This document shows, piece by piece, positions 9,619 through 22,609 of a DNA stretch of 64,000 bases. The DNA is from Squalus acanthias (taxonomy: Eukaryota). The stretch is taken from contig CM059432.1 in assembly GCA_030390025.1 (NCBI GenBank), positions 98,644,001 to 98,708,000 of the forward strand, given 5' to 3'. The notes below the pieces were generated by a model. It saw only the letters and a program-made list of their open reading frames with translations, was not told where the DNA came from and did not search any database. Every line of letters begins with the position of its first letter. Within the stretch, counting starts at the first letter, position 1. The translations under genes were made by a program, and so were the position numbers.

Positions 9619-11812
9619 TGTAGAATTCGCAAAATTATCGCGATTTTATAATAATGAGAAGGAGACATAAAGTTTTGTATAAACAGCTTTATTTCAGCAA
9701 AATGCTGTCATGTTTCAAAAAGGACACAAGCAGCCTGTAAAATGGCCACCACGCCTCGTGGCAGAAGGTTCTAGACTTTCAGTAGGCAGACAAGATGGCG
9801 TTTCAATAAACATTTCAGCAAGATCGGACAGGACTCAGCACATTTGAGATAATGACAAGACGCGATGGGTTTGCATTTTAAACATGTATACTGGAATCGG
9901 TTTTCCAGGTACAAACAAGAGCTATTGTACTGGGCAATCAAGGACCCATCCAAAGACATTGATATGCAAATTCCCCACGGCTCTACGATGAGAGAGCCGT
10001 TCGCGGGTACTCACAGCAAGCATTTGGAAGCCCCCAAAACCCCTCCAGGGAGACTCCTAGCCGGTTCCACAATGGGAGAAATATTAACGGGTACTCAGAC
10101 AGTTACAAGTATCACCGAAACCCATTAACGACAAGTACCACCCCAACACGGGCAACACGGTGGCATAGTGGTTAGCACTGGTGCCTCACAGCGCCAGGGA
10201 CCCGGGTTCGAATCTGACCTCAGGTGACTGTCTGTGTGGAGTTTGCACATTCTCCCCGTGTCTGCGTGGGTTTTCTCCGGGTGCTCCGGTTTCCTCCCAC
10301 AGTCCAAAAATGTGCGGGTTAGGTTGATTTGGCTATGATAAATTGACCCTTAGTGTTAGGGGGGGATTAAATATGTGGGGTTATGGGGATAGGATAGGAT
10401 ATGTTAGGGGGAATTAAATACGTGGGGTTACGGGGGTAGGGTGGGATATGTGTACTGTGGGGATTAAAGCAGGGACAGGGTACTGGACTTGGATGATCAG
10501 CCATGATCGTATTGAATGGTGGAGCAGGCTCGACGGGCCGAATGGCCTACTCCTGCTCCTAGATTCTATGTTTCATACAAGAAGTTTGAGAGCCAATACA
10601 TGACAAAGATGAACATTTAGATTGGGCGGGAGATAAGGAATGACAGTACTATAAACTGTAGTGTCCAAACGTCCATCTCTCTCTTATTCTCTGCCGACCA
10701 CCGACTCTTATGCTCTTATCCTCTGGCTGTTCATCGTGCTCTTATTCTCTGCCGACCACCGACTCTTATGCTCTTATCCTCTGGCTGTTCATCGTGCTCT
10801 TATTCTTTACCACCGACTGGAGCTCTGGACTCTCATTCTCTGATCCGCTGATTTTCCGGGAGTCAACCTCGTGACTTGCCGCGAAGATCTGTGGAGAACT
10901 GGTCTGCGAAGGCCTGGAAGCGGGCGCACCATCCCAAGGAGTCGGTAAACGGTGTTGGAACCAAAGGCCCGAGAGGAGATGAGATGAGATGAGATGAGAT
11001 GAGAAGAGAAGAAGACGACAACACGTATCGCCACGGTCAGTAAGCCCCGACCGCGCCCGAAAATCGATTAACCACTTCTTTGAATTCTACCGACTTCTTC
11101 ACAACTGGCCCAGGAAGACTCTTCTTCGAATTCTACAGGCAACCGGTGTAGGGCACAGGAAGACTCTTCTTCGAGTGGTGTCCGAACTCCGAAGACCAAC
11201 ACAGATCTTCATGGCAGCAGACGGTCCAGCCTGCTAGCCGGAGCCGAAAGCAAGTAAACAAGTGGGGTACAGAGACCCCTGATCAACACGTGAATAGTCA
11301 GGTGCTGTGGCGAAAACATCCGAGCAGCGTTTCGGAATTCTCCGAGTTATCACGATTGGTGAGCATGAGTCTCGATCCTACAGGTCTATATTAGGACAGG
11401 CATTGATAGGGGAGGGTTTTTGGTTTTAAGGATAATTATAATGTGTGTCCCCTTTTACGATGTGTCGTGCGTTCCTCGTTTCCCTAAAATTAGTTTCATA
11501 ACTGTGTGTAAGATTGTGCTGTCATTAATCTGTGCTTATGACATGTATCTCGTAATCTTGAATAATATGCAATAAAGATTTTCCATTTCGCACTATTCAA
11601 CCGGGTCTACCTGAGTCTTCTCTACGTTATTGCTCTCGCACCTAAGTCCAGTGTCAGAACCGTAAGGGCGAGTGGGTCGAACCACTCACAGGTGTCTAGT
11701 GTCATCAGGTTGGCTGGAGAACAGAACAGGCAACAAGGCCTAACCCCGCACTAGCACCCAGGCTATGCACAGAGCAGCCTTCGGCACCGAGCCGAGCACG
11801 GTAATCCTTACA
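9619..11812 (+). mobile_element. Solo LTR of the same family as 373-1968
   Basis: TGTAGAATTCGC...CCTTACA; near-TSD TACT (9615-9618) / CACT (11813-11816); the host LINE resumes across it; no PBS after it; TATAAA 10650-10655, AATAAA 11571-11576, (GAGAT)n ~10976-11003. Confidence 0.9.
10150..10574 (+). mobile_element. HE1-like V-SINE
   Basis: tRNA head (TGGCATAGTGG, GGTTCGAATC), V-domain GGAGTTTGCACATTCTCCCCGTGTCTGCGTGGGTTT, CR1-type 3' tail. Confidence 0.9.
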
Positions 11813-12630
11813 CACTGGTGGTGGAGGGAGTGAATGTTTAAGGTGGTGGATGGGCTACCGATCAAGCAAACTGCTTTTATCCTGGATGGTGTGGAGCTTC
11901 TTGATTATTGTTGCAGGTGCACCCATTCAGGCAAGTGGAGAGTATTCCATCACACTCCTGACTTGTGCTTGGTAGGTGTGGAGAGACTTTGGGGAATCAA
12001 AAGGTGAGCCACTCACCACAGAATAGCCAGCCTCTGATCTGCTTCAGTAACCATGGCATTTATGAGGCTGGTCCAGTTGAGTTTCTGGTCAATGGCAACC
12101 CCTAAGATCTTGATGGTGGAGAATTTGATGATTGCAATGCCATTAAATGTCAAGGGGAGATGGTTGGACTCTCTCTTGCTGGAGATGGTCATTGTCTGGC
12201 ACTTGTGTGACACAAATGTTACTTGCCACTTATCAGCACAAGGCTGGATTTCGTCCAGGTATTGATGCCTGCGGGCATGGACTAATACATTATCTCAGAA
12301 ATTACGAATGGAACTGAACACTGTGCAATCATCAGTGACCTACTTCTGACCTCATGATGGAGGGAAGGTCATTGATGAAGCAGCTGAATATAGTTGGCCC
12401 TACACACTGCCCTGAGGCAACTCTGCAGCCATGTCCTGGGGCAGAGATGATTAGCCTCCAACAACCACAACCTATCTTCCTTTGTGCTCCAGCCACTAAA
12501 GAGTTTTCCCCCTGATCCCCATTGACTTCAGTTTTATTAAGGCTCCTTGGTGTCACACTCGGTTGAATGCTGCCTTGATGTCAAGGGCAATCACTCTCAC
12601 CTCACCCCTGGAATTCAGCTCTTTTGTCCA

Positions 12631-13660
12631 GGTAATTAATCTAGATTTTCAAAAGGCCTTTGCTAAGGTACCCCATAATACACTGATGAACAAGGTCAGA
12701 GAATGCAGAGTCAGGGGACAAGTAGCAGAATGGATAGCTAGCTGGCTTCAAGACAGAAAGCAGAGAGTAGGGGTAAAAGGTAGCTAATCACAGTGGCAGA
12801 AGGTGGGTAGTGGTGCTCCACAAGGATCAGTGCTGGGACCACTGTTGCAATTACATTAACGATTTAGACTTTCGAATCAAAAACACAATTTCTAAATTTG
12901 CAGATGATACCAAATTGGGGAGGGATAGTCAAAATACTGAGATGGACTGCAACAAATTACAGGAGGACATTAATAAACTTGCAGAATGGGCATATAACTG
13001 GCAAATGAAGTTGAACACAGATAAATGTGAGGTATTGCATTTTGGTAGGAAGAATAGGGAGGTCACTTATGACTTGGTGGGTGCGAGTCTAGGTGGGGTA
13101 GAGGAACAAAGGGATCTCGGAGTACAAATACACAAATCACTCAAAGTTGCGACATAGGTTAGCAAGGCCATAAAAAAAAGCAAACCAAGCGTTAGGGTTT
13201 ATTTCTAGAGGGATAGAATTGAAAAGTCGGGAAGTTATGCTAAACCTGTATCGAACCTTAGTTAGACCACACTGCGTACTGTTCTAGTCGCCATATTATA
13301 AAAAGGATATAGAGGCACTGGAGGGGGTGCAGAGAAGATTTACAAGGATGATACCAGAAATGCGAGGGTATACATATCAGGAAAGGATTAACAGGCTGGG
13401 TCTCTTTTCTCTTGGTTAGACCACACTTAGAATGTGGAACTCGCTACCACAGGGAGTGGTTGAAGCGAATAGTACAGATGCATTTAAGGGGAGGCTAGAC
13501 AAGCATATGAGGGAGAAGGGAATAGAGGGTTATGCTGATAGATTTAGATGAGGAAAGACGGGAGGAGGCTCGAGTGGAGCATAAACGCCGGCATGGACTG
13601 GTTGGGCCGAATGGCCTGTTTCTGTGCCGTATATCCTATGTAATGCTATGTAATCCTATG
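12631..13660 (+). mobile_element. CR1 LINE (family A), 5'-truncated and decayed
   Basis: LDFQKAFAKVPH, ISKFADDTKLG, KCEVLHFGRKN; (CTATGTAAT)n tail. Confidence 0.9.
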
Positions 13661-15554
13661 TTTGGAACAAGACTGTAATGACATCTGGAGTGGTCCTGAC
13701 AGAACCCAAACTAAGCATCACTGAGCAGATGATTTGTGAGTAAGTGCTGCTTAATAGCGCTGTTGACAACTCCTTCCATCACTTTGCTGATGATTGAGAA
13801 TAAGTTGATCGGACAGTTATTGGCTGGGTTGGATTTGTCCTGCTTTTTGTGGACAGGATATACCTAGACCTTTTTCCACATTGTCGTGTAGCTGCCAGTG
13901 TTGTAGCTGTATGTAAACAGCTTGGTTAGAGGCACAGCTAGTTCTGGATCTGAAACTGATTCTTGACAGCGTAGTGATGTCTGTGTTAGATACTTGTTCA
14001 TGTAGATATGAAGTGCAACTGCATTTGCCAGCAGTATAGTTATATAATACAAATATGTCCTCCACTAGTCTAGGAAGGTATCCACACCAACCTGCTTCAT
14101 CAGAATTGGATATTCAGCTTCAGTTCTGTATCGAGAAGCAAATGACAGCCACTGATGGATCTGGACAATTTCTGTGCTAAAGTGTTCAATTTTGGTTCCA
14201 ACCATGTATAATATCCATCCAAAGATAATATGATTGATGCTTAAAAAGCTAAAGCTCATTAATCTTTTTTAAATTAATTAATTATGTGGTATTAATTAAA
14301 AAAGAGGATAAAGATTTTGCTTAATTTTGCCTTTGAAACCCCATGTATATTGACATCTGATATATCCCAAAACACACACTTTTACAGAGAAGGACTCAGC
14401 CAAGCTCATTTGAGATCTGCACATTACAGGTAAACTACAAATATTACATCAAAGCAGAAGATGAATAGCTTTCAGTTACAGATGAGATCTGAACGGATTC
14501 TGATGAGAACATTAAACACATTGAAAGCCAGTGAACAGATCTAATAATAAAGGTCAGAAAGTAGGAATCAGGAGAGAACAAACAGACAACAGGTCCATCA
14601 TATGGTTGATGAAAGTAGAATGCATCACATGAATAACAATTAGATGCAAAGTCACTGCAGCCATCTATTGTCATCTGGTGAAGCATGCTTGTGACATTTA
14701 TACTGCACTGTAATGAAACCTGTGTCGTACAGAATCAAAAGCATTCCAATAGAGCTTCCCCTGACTATCATCAGCATGATAAGCAGTGTCAAAAAAGCAC
14801 ATTTACCGTGGTAAGATAAATTCACTCCCTTACATACAAAGAGAAGCATTTTTCTTAAATACCGCATGCCTATTGTGAAATGCTTAATCAGAAAGGACTT
14901 TTGCCACAGCCAAACAAACACCTACAGTCATACAAGATGGGTGCTAAAATATAACAGACCTCTTGAAATAACCATTCCCAGAAAATATGAAATATTACCT
15001 CAATGCACACATTAGTAACAGATATAATAATGCATCACAATCCTTAAGGGCACTGCTCTGATAAATTATTCAGTAACAGTCCATGATTGCATCTTTACAA
15101 GCTATGAAATATCTTGTTGGTCTCACACACCAATTTAAAAGGATAGGGAGCCATCTTCTGTTAATTTATTACAGTAAACATGCATCGAAGTATCCAATAT
15201 TTAGATGAACAGTTGACTGTGTTACGAGGTAATAATGCAGTTGAGGCTCTTGAAGCTTCCATAAAGCAGAAGGTCAAAACCTATTGCTTTGTAAAATCTA
15301 CCATTTAATTTTGCATTGTATTTTGGCATTCAAGGTCAACCATGTGTTATACCATCTGCAACTGATCTTGTCCTTGGACATTTTTAGCTTTAACTGTTGC
15401 CATCAAATGTTCATATTTGTTATTTAGACTCTTATCTTGCCAAAGTTCTGTCAATATAGTGTTTATTTTCTAGAATTACTAAGTTTTATAGACCAGCTGT
15501 GGGGGTTATGGCTTGTTACAAAATAAAAATACATCTTTAACACTTTTTCCTCAG

Positions 15555-15654
15555 GGAATTCGTTGAATTGAGGCATCTGTACTCACCAACCATCAAGAAA
15601 AAACTAGACTTGTGGAGGTAATGGGAGACAACTCATCGATAACTGTACAACAAG
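15555..15654 (+). other. Candidate host-gene exon (5' UTR plus ATG at 15621, MGDNSSITVQQ, phase-1 donor)
   Basis: Acceptor TTTTTCCTCAG|, donor CAAG|GTGAGA, 100 bp, in repeat-free sequence; ATG context GTAATGG. Gene not identified. Confidence 0.45.
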
Positions 15655-16427
15655 GTGAGACTATTTTGTTTTAGAATGTGTTACAGAATTTTCACTGTCT
15701 TTTATAGAACAATAAATACAGCAAGTTGAATAATGGTTTTGAGGAAAACTGCTGGCTTCATTCCAGTATTAGTAATGCTTCTTTGACAGGGTCCCAGAGG
15801 GGACGATAAAATTATAATATAACTGTACTAAGTATGTCTGCTCTACTGGAGCAGGGCTTAGTATTATTAATGGGTTTTGGCAAAATTTCCATTATGAGCA
15901 GAATTTTCTAAATTACTTTTCTGTTGTATCATTTATCAGTGCTTAGATTTTGATGTTTTAGCCATGTGAAGTCTTTGAAGTATTTAATTTGGTATCATAC
16001 TGTGTTTTTTACGCACTTTAATTCAATACAGATTAGAGTATTCTCAAATAAGTGGAACAGTCCAAAGGAATGATTATAGGAAATAATATGATGGATATCT
16101 TCAAGAATTCCAGCATTAAAAGATATGTAACATTCTTCCTATTGTCTATTTTCCACACCAATCAAATATATCATGATCCTCTAGTAACCTGCAAAATCTG
16201 TTCAGCCTTTTTAAATGAATGACAATTTTTATCTGATTATACTCCTATGAAGTGCCTTGGAATGATTTAGTGCATTAATGGTGCTATAAAAATGCACGTT
16301 GTTGTTGAATGTGTGGTGGAGATTGGAATTAATTGCAAAAGGATTTTTAAGTCGTAGTTGATTATAAGAGAAGCATAAATATCAAGTCAATGAAGTAATT
16401 GTAGTAAAGGTTATTTCATTTTTCTCA

Positions 16428-17055
16428 AGGGCCGATTTTAACTCTGCTCGCCTGATGGAAACTGAGCAGGCAGTTACGGTTATTTTACTACTTACCCGCA
16501 CGAATCCTACTGTCTTCCCATGTGTTGCGATCTTAATTTGCTTTTCTGAGCAGGCAAGCGGGACACTCACCAGAAGCCAGTGGCATCCTTCTTTAAATAT
16601 GCAGATCAGGTTCGAATGACAGAAAGGTAAGTGATTTAAATTTTTTTATTAGTCTCTGTGTGGACCACAGGAGTGCTCCGCTGGGCCCCACAAGAAATTT
16701 TGGGCCTCCCATCCTTCCCTTCCCCCGCAGCTTCTCTACTCCTGGTCCGACCGCAATGCCCTCCCGACCACTCCCCCTGCCCCACCCCCTCCACACCTCC
16801 CAACCACTTACCTGAGTATTATGGACTGTTACTTTCGATCCCGGTGGCTGCTTCCTGCTGCCTGAAATCCTGTCCCCAACCGATGGCCAGCTATCATTTC
16901 CCAGTGGCTTTGGATGGGAGACCGTCAGGACCTGTGCAACTGAGGCCCAGGACTTAAAATTACACTGCGGAGGACTAAACAGTTTGCCGTCCCCCTCGAC
17001 TCAGGAGTTAGACAGGGCTTCAGTTTTTGTGGCTTTTATGTATAAATTTTGCACC
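16428..17055. mobile_element. GC-rich MITE-like repeat
   Basis: GGGCCGATTTTAAC terminus and internal similarity to 53808-54600; boundaries approximate. Confidence 0.45.
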
Positions 17056-17104
17056 ACTGATTGCATCCCTTGTATTTTACTGGCTGTGGCGTGTAGCATT
17101 ACTA

Positions 17105-17243
17105 ATAACAACAACAACTTGCATTTATATAGCGCATTTAACATAGCAAAACATCCCAAGACGCGTAACAAGAGCGATATCAATCAAAACATTTTTAACA
17201 CCCAACCACAGAAGGAGGTATCAGGACAGATGACCAAAAGCTT
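17105..17243 (-). mobile_element. L2 LINE 3' tail
   Basis: (CAA)n-CTTGCATTTATATAGCGC, matching the 3' ends of 29290-31430 and 57710-59060. Confidence 0.8.
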
Positions 17244-18225
17244 GTAAATCAGAAGTGATTGTGGGATGAGTGGGAAGTGGGCTGTAAGAAGGAGCAGTAG
17301 GTATGATGATACCGTCATCTTCTATGGTTTCAGCCCCGCCACTGGCCACGGCCTCAGCAATGGCCATCCCAATAATGGCCAACTCCGTCTCCTCCATGGG
17401 GGTTAGGGGGTGCAGGCGCGCCTGGCCCTCGCCGATTAGCTCCTGCTGCCTCCGGTTGTGCGCCACCTTGACCTGCAAGAGAGAAGGAAATGTGTCAGTG
17501 ATGTGGCTGTCATGGTTGAATAGCTGGCAGTGTGTGCAAGCTGTGAGATGTGGGTGTGAGGCTTGCAGCAGTTCGAAGTGTGGGAGGGTAAGGTGAAACT
17601 TTTAATGTTAGGTATAAGTCCTGATTGATAGAGATTGTTGGTAGGTGAGTGATGGGGGTGTGGTGCATTGAGCAGTGGTGCAGTTGGTAAGTTATGGCAT
17701 TTGAAGACGCATTCACTGACCTTATCCACTCGTGTGAGGTCATTGAACTTCTTGTGGCACTGCATCCAGGTCCTCGGGACTTGACTCCTGGCATGGGCTG
17801 CCATGGCTACCTACTCCCACTGAGCATTTGTCTGAAGGGCCTCCTGAACCCCCTATGATACAGCACATCTCTCCTCCTTTGTATCTCCTCCACCAAGGCC
17901 TCTAGTGCAGCATTGGAAAACTTTGGAGCCCGCTCTCTCATATGTTGTGCTATTATTGGGTGTTTCCCAGGTCATAATCAGTTGTACAATGATTTCCAGC
18001 TACAGCCAAAATGCATCTCCCCTTTAGGAGTTGCAGGCTAGCTTTAAGTAGTGCAGGCTAGCTTTAACTGGTGCCAGCCTCTCATGATTTTGGACCGCCT
18101 GCTGATACGTGCAACTAATGAACAGTGCAAACTTGGCGTGCTGCCTTCATCACTTTGAAGGGGCGGGGGTTAATTGTGCATTGTAATCCCCGTGCCCGTT
18201 TTTGGGGGCTATCAAATTTTGCCCC
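17244..18225 (-). pseudogene. Harbinger remnant with Myb/SANT exons 1-2 and terminus
   Basis: RTWMQCHKKFNDLTRV and VKVAHNRRQQELIGEGQARLHPLTPMEE; splice sites match the 4437 copy; AAATTTTGCCCCC end at ~18225. Confidence 0.75.
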
Positions 18226-18414
18226 CAACATCTATAGTAGGAGAGGCCATTTATGTGTCTACATGATAGCAGAGCAATGGCCTTTGCTCCTGAAGTGTGA
18301 GCAATTGTTCCTCCAACTATATTCAGAATGCTTTCCAGAGATTCTATTTACAAGATAAAAGAGGAATCAAAGCCCTGTAACATATAAATTAATTATATTT
18401 TTGGATGCTCACCT

Positions 18415-21210
18415 CATAGAATCATAGAAAGTTACAGCACGGAAGGAGGGCATTTCGGCCCATCGTGTCCGCGCCAGCCAACAAAGAGCTATCCAGCCTA
18501 ATCCCACTTCCCAGCTCTTGGTCCGTAGCTCTGCAGGTTACAGCATCCCAAGTGCACATGCAAGTACTTTTTAAATGTGGTTAGGGTTTCTGCCTCTACC
18601 ACCCTTTCAGGCAGTGAGTTCCAGACCCCCACAACTGCTCTGGGTGAAGAAATTTCCCCTCAAGTCCCCTCTAAACCTTCCACCAATTATTTTAAATCTG
18701 TGCCCCCTGGTTTTTGACCCCTCTGCTAAGGGAAATAGGTCCTTTCTATCCACTTTATCGATGCCCCTCATAATTTTATACACCTCAATAAGGTCTCCCC
18801 TCAGCCTCCTCTGTTCCAAGGAAAACAGACCCAGCCTATCCAGCCTTTCCTCATAGCTAAGATTCTCTACTCCCGGCAACATCCTTGTAAATCTCGTCTG
18901 TACCCTCTCTAGTGCAATCACATCTTTCCTGTAATGTGGTGACCAGAACTGCATGCACTACTCTACCTGAGGCCTAACTAGTGTTTTATACAGTTGAAGC
19001 ATAACGCCCCTGCTCTTATATTCTATGCCACGGCTAATAAAGGCAAGCATTCCGTATGCCTTCTTAACCACCTTATCTACCTGGCCTGCTACCTTAAGGG
19101 ATCTGTGGACATGCACTCCAAGGTCCCTTTGTTCCTCTACACTACTCAGTGTCCTACCATTTAATGTGTATTCCCTTTCCTTGTTAGCCCTCTCCAAATG
19201 CATTACCTCACATTTCTCCGGATTGAATTCCATTTGCCACTGTTCTGCCCACCTGACCAATTTATTGATATCTTCCTGCAGTCTATAGCTTCCTTCTTCA
19301 GTATCAACCACACAGCTGATTTTAGTATCATCTGCAAACTTCTTAATCATACCCCCTATATTCAAGTCTAGATCATTGATATATACCACAAAAAGCAAGG
19401 GACCTAGTATTGAGCCCTGCGGAACCCCACTGGAAACAGCCTTCCAGTCACAAAAACACCCATCAACCATTACCCTCTGCTTCCTGCCTCCGAGCCAGTT
19501 TTGAATCCAACTTGACACTTTGCCCTGGATCCCGTAGGTTTTTAACTTTGTGACCAGTCTGCCATGTGGAACCTGATCAAAAGCCTTGCTAAAGTCCATA
19601 TACACTACATCAAATGCACTACCCTCATTTACCCTCCTTGTTACCTCCTCAAAAAATTCAATCAAGTTTGTCAGACACGACCTTCCCTTAACAAATCCGT
19701 GCTGACTATCCTTGATTAATCCATGTCTTTCTAAATGAAGGTTTATCCTGTCCTTCAGAATTCTTTCCAATAATTTTCCCACCACCGAGGTTAGGCTGAC
19801 TGGCCTGTAATTACTCGGTCTATCCTTTTCTCCCTTTTTAAACAAGGGTACCACATTAGCAGTCCTCCAGTACCACACCTGAAGCCAGAGAGGATTGAAA
19901 AATGATGGTCAGGGCCTCTGCTATTTCCTCTTTTGCTTTGCTTAACAGCCTGGGATACATTTCATCCGGGACTGGGGATTTATCCACTTTTAAAGCTGCT
20001 AAACCCCTTAATACTTCCTCTCTCACTATGTTTATTTCATCTAATATTTCACACTCCTCCCCCCTGATAAGAATGTCTGCTTCGCCCCTCTCCTTTGTGA
20101 AAACAGATGCAAAGTATTAATTAAGAACCCTACCAACGTCTCCCACCTCCACACACAGATTACCCTCATGATCTCTAATAGGCCCTACCCTTTCTTTAGT
20201 TATCCTCTTACTCTTAATATATTTATAAAACATCTTTGGGTTTTCCTTGATTTTACTTGCCAAGAATTTTTCATGCTCTCTCTTTGCTTTCCTTTTAATT
20301 GCACCCCTGCACTTATTGTACTCTTCTAAAGATTCTGGAGTATTTAGCCCTCGGTATCTGTCATACGCCTCCCTTTTTTTCTTTAACCTACCCTGTATGT
20401 CCCTAGACATCCAGGGGGCTCTAGATTTGTTCGTCCCACCTTTTTTCTTTAAGGGCACATATTTGGTCTGAACCCTTCGGATCTCTCCTTGAATGCCTCC
20501 CACTGCTCTAGCACTGATTTACCTTCAAGTAGCTGTTTCCAGTCCACTATGGCTAAGTCCCCTCTGAGCTTAGCAAAATTTGCTTTTCTCCAATTTAGAA
20601 TTTTTATTCCTGGTCTATCCTTGTCCTTTTCCATAACTACCTTAAATCTAACAGAATTATGGTCACTAGCACCAAAATGCTCCCCCACTGATACGCCTTC
20701 TACCTGCCCAGCTTCATTCCCTAAAACTAAGTCCAGAACCGCCCCCTCCCTTGTTGGGCTTGCTACATACTGGCTAAAAAAGTTCTCCTGGATGCATTTT
20801 AGGAATTCCGCACACTCTATAGCCTTCACACTAATTTTATCCCAGTTAATATTGGGCTAGTTGAAATCCCCTACTATTACTGCCCTATAGTTTGTGCACT
20901 TCTCAGAAATGTGTCTACATATTTGTTCTTCTATCTCCCTCTCACTGTTTGGGGGTCTGTAATACACTCCCAGCAGTGTGATCGCCCTTTTTTGTTTTTC
21001 AATTCGACCCATATGGCCTCGTTTGATGATCGCTCCAACATATCATCCCTCCTCACAGCTGTAATAGTTTCTTTAATCAATACCGCGACACCCCCTCCCT
21101 TTTTACCTCCCTCTCTATCCCGTCTGAAAATCCTGTAACCAGGAATGTTGAGCTGCCATACCTGCCCCTCTTTCAGCCACATCTCTGTAATAGCTATAAT
21201 ATCATAGTCC
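18415..21210 (-). mobile_element. CR1 LINE (family A), most of ORF2 (APE endonuclease plus RT), frameshifted
   Basis: NIPGYRIFRRDR..GGGVA and SDHN (endonuclease); NYRPVSLTS, YMDFSKAFD, GVPQGSILGP, FADD (RT); (TCTATGAT)n tail. Confidence 0.95.
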
Positions 21211-21759
21211 CTTAAGTTGATACTTAGATATATTTGTCTGTGGTTTGGCAGTGCTCTTTAATCTGCAATCTTTTGAGTTGTGCAGCTCCTCCTCTTTCTC
21301 AATAGGGTATCTATCCATGTCTTGACCTCTCCTATATTACCAATGATTTAAGAATTGCATATCTGGAAGGTATCAGCTATTCTAAAGCATTTGGCTCCTC
21401 TGCTATCAGTGGAGTGTTTGCCCTCCCTTTGTCTAAGAGAGATTTCCAAGTGAGTTAGAAATCTCCTCTTCCTGCTGCCATGTAGCTGTTAATTTGGATG
21501 TGTTGTCCACAGAGCTATATTTGGTATAATTCTACTCGTAAACATCTTGGTCATGTCCATTAATGCTAGAACATTAATAATTTCTGTTATCTCCAGCTAA
21601 ACTCCTGCCAAGGAAAATTTGGAATTTTTGAGGGTCTTGCATTTTTCTTATTTTTGAGAACTTGCTCAATGATGGGTTTTTTTTTCGATACAATTTTCTC
21701 TTTCAGTTCCCTCCTCTCCTTAAGGTGCTCAGTCATTCTGAGGACCAGCAGCCCCTGGC

Positions 21760-22090
21760 ACCTCAACGAAGTGGCCATTTTTCAAGTGTGAGTCTGGACA
21801 GTGAGTGTTGGCAGGCCATTTAACTTGGGTGAAGGAGCAGCCAAGACTGATCCTGTTCTCACCTGATGACCATTTTTCCAGCACAATCACTGCATAGTGA
21901 TTAGAATGAATTTCTATCTGATTTTTCTATCCCTTTTCTGGTGACACAGAAGCTAATTTAAGTGTCCCTACTATTACTCACACTGCAATCAGCTAAATCA
22001 GCACCAATAAGGAATCAAACTTGGGGCTTTCCTGGTCTGCACAGCTAAGTATCACATCATCTGGTGCACGTACCCATTGAGACACCTGGA
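21760..22090 (-). mobile_element. Old tRNA-derived SINE, unassigned
   Basis: Degenerate A-box (GTCTCAATGGG) and B-box (AGTTTGATTCC) on the minus strand near 22010-22085. Confidence 0.4.
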
Positions 22091-22609
22091 GAGCTTCTCC
22101 ATGATAAAATCCACTTTCCTATTGTCAGTTCTTTCTTTTGTGAAGCTCTCGATTTCAAGTGGCTTCAAACATCATGACCTATTTTCATGGCGCTGATGTT
22201 TTTGCATGTACCACTGATATATTTTTCTTGGATTTGCATGTCATGTGAGACTAGCAGTACAAATGTAGTTTGTATCACAGAAATTGCATTTTTATACCGT
22301 GGCACAGTATAGCTATGTGATAATATATGTTAAAGTATAACAAGGAACTGTAATCAAATCTAAGCTATTACACTTCATTGGTAATATTCTTGCAAAGGCA
22401 TGCGTTTGTGCTACAATGGATACACTCTGTAAAAGATATTTTGACCTGTTTTATGCATGGATTAGCCATGTTCTTTTGTCGCTTCTGAGTCAAAGAGCAA
22501 CACTGGTTCCAAGCATGTGAGAATCATTCACTTGACTTCAACAGCTTTGTGGACTCACAGTTATGAGTCTAACATAGCTTCTGTTATACCAACTTGGACA
22601 TGGGCTAAA

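Larger units (their letters stand above)
9490..14190 (-). mobile_element. CR1/L2-group LINE family B (fragmented), host of the solo LTR and a CR1 insertion
   Basis: Colinear with 42805-44300 and 48850-50480; RT C-terminal motifs (LTFNGIAI, ILGVAIDQKLNWTS). Confidence 0.8.

Noticed and set aside
10150..10225. tRNA gene
   Set aside because: A/B boxes belong to a SINE head and run straight into the V-domain.
10681..10815. CRISPR-like repeat
   Set aside because: Plain tandem duplication inside an LTR with no unique spacers; eukaryotic context.
373..11812. Single DIRS-like or giant TIR element bounded by the inverted LTRs
   Set aside because: The right copy has its own near-TSD and splits a LINE, the left has a PBS pointing outward, and the copies are clearly diverged.
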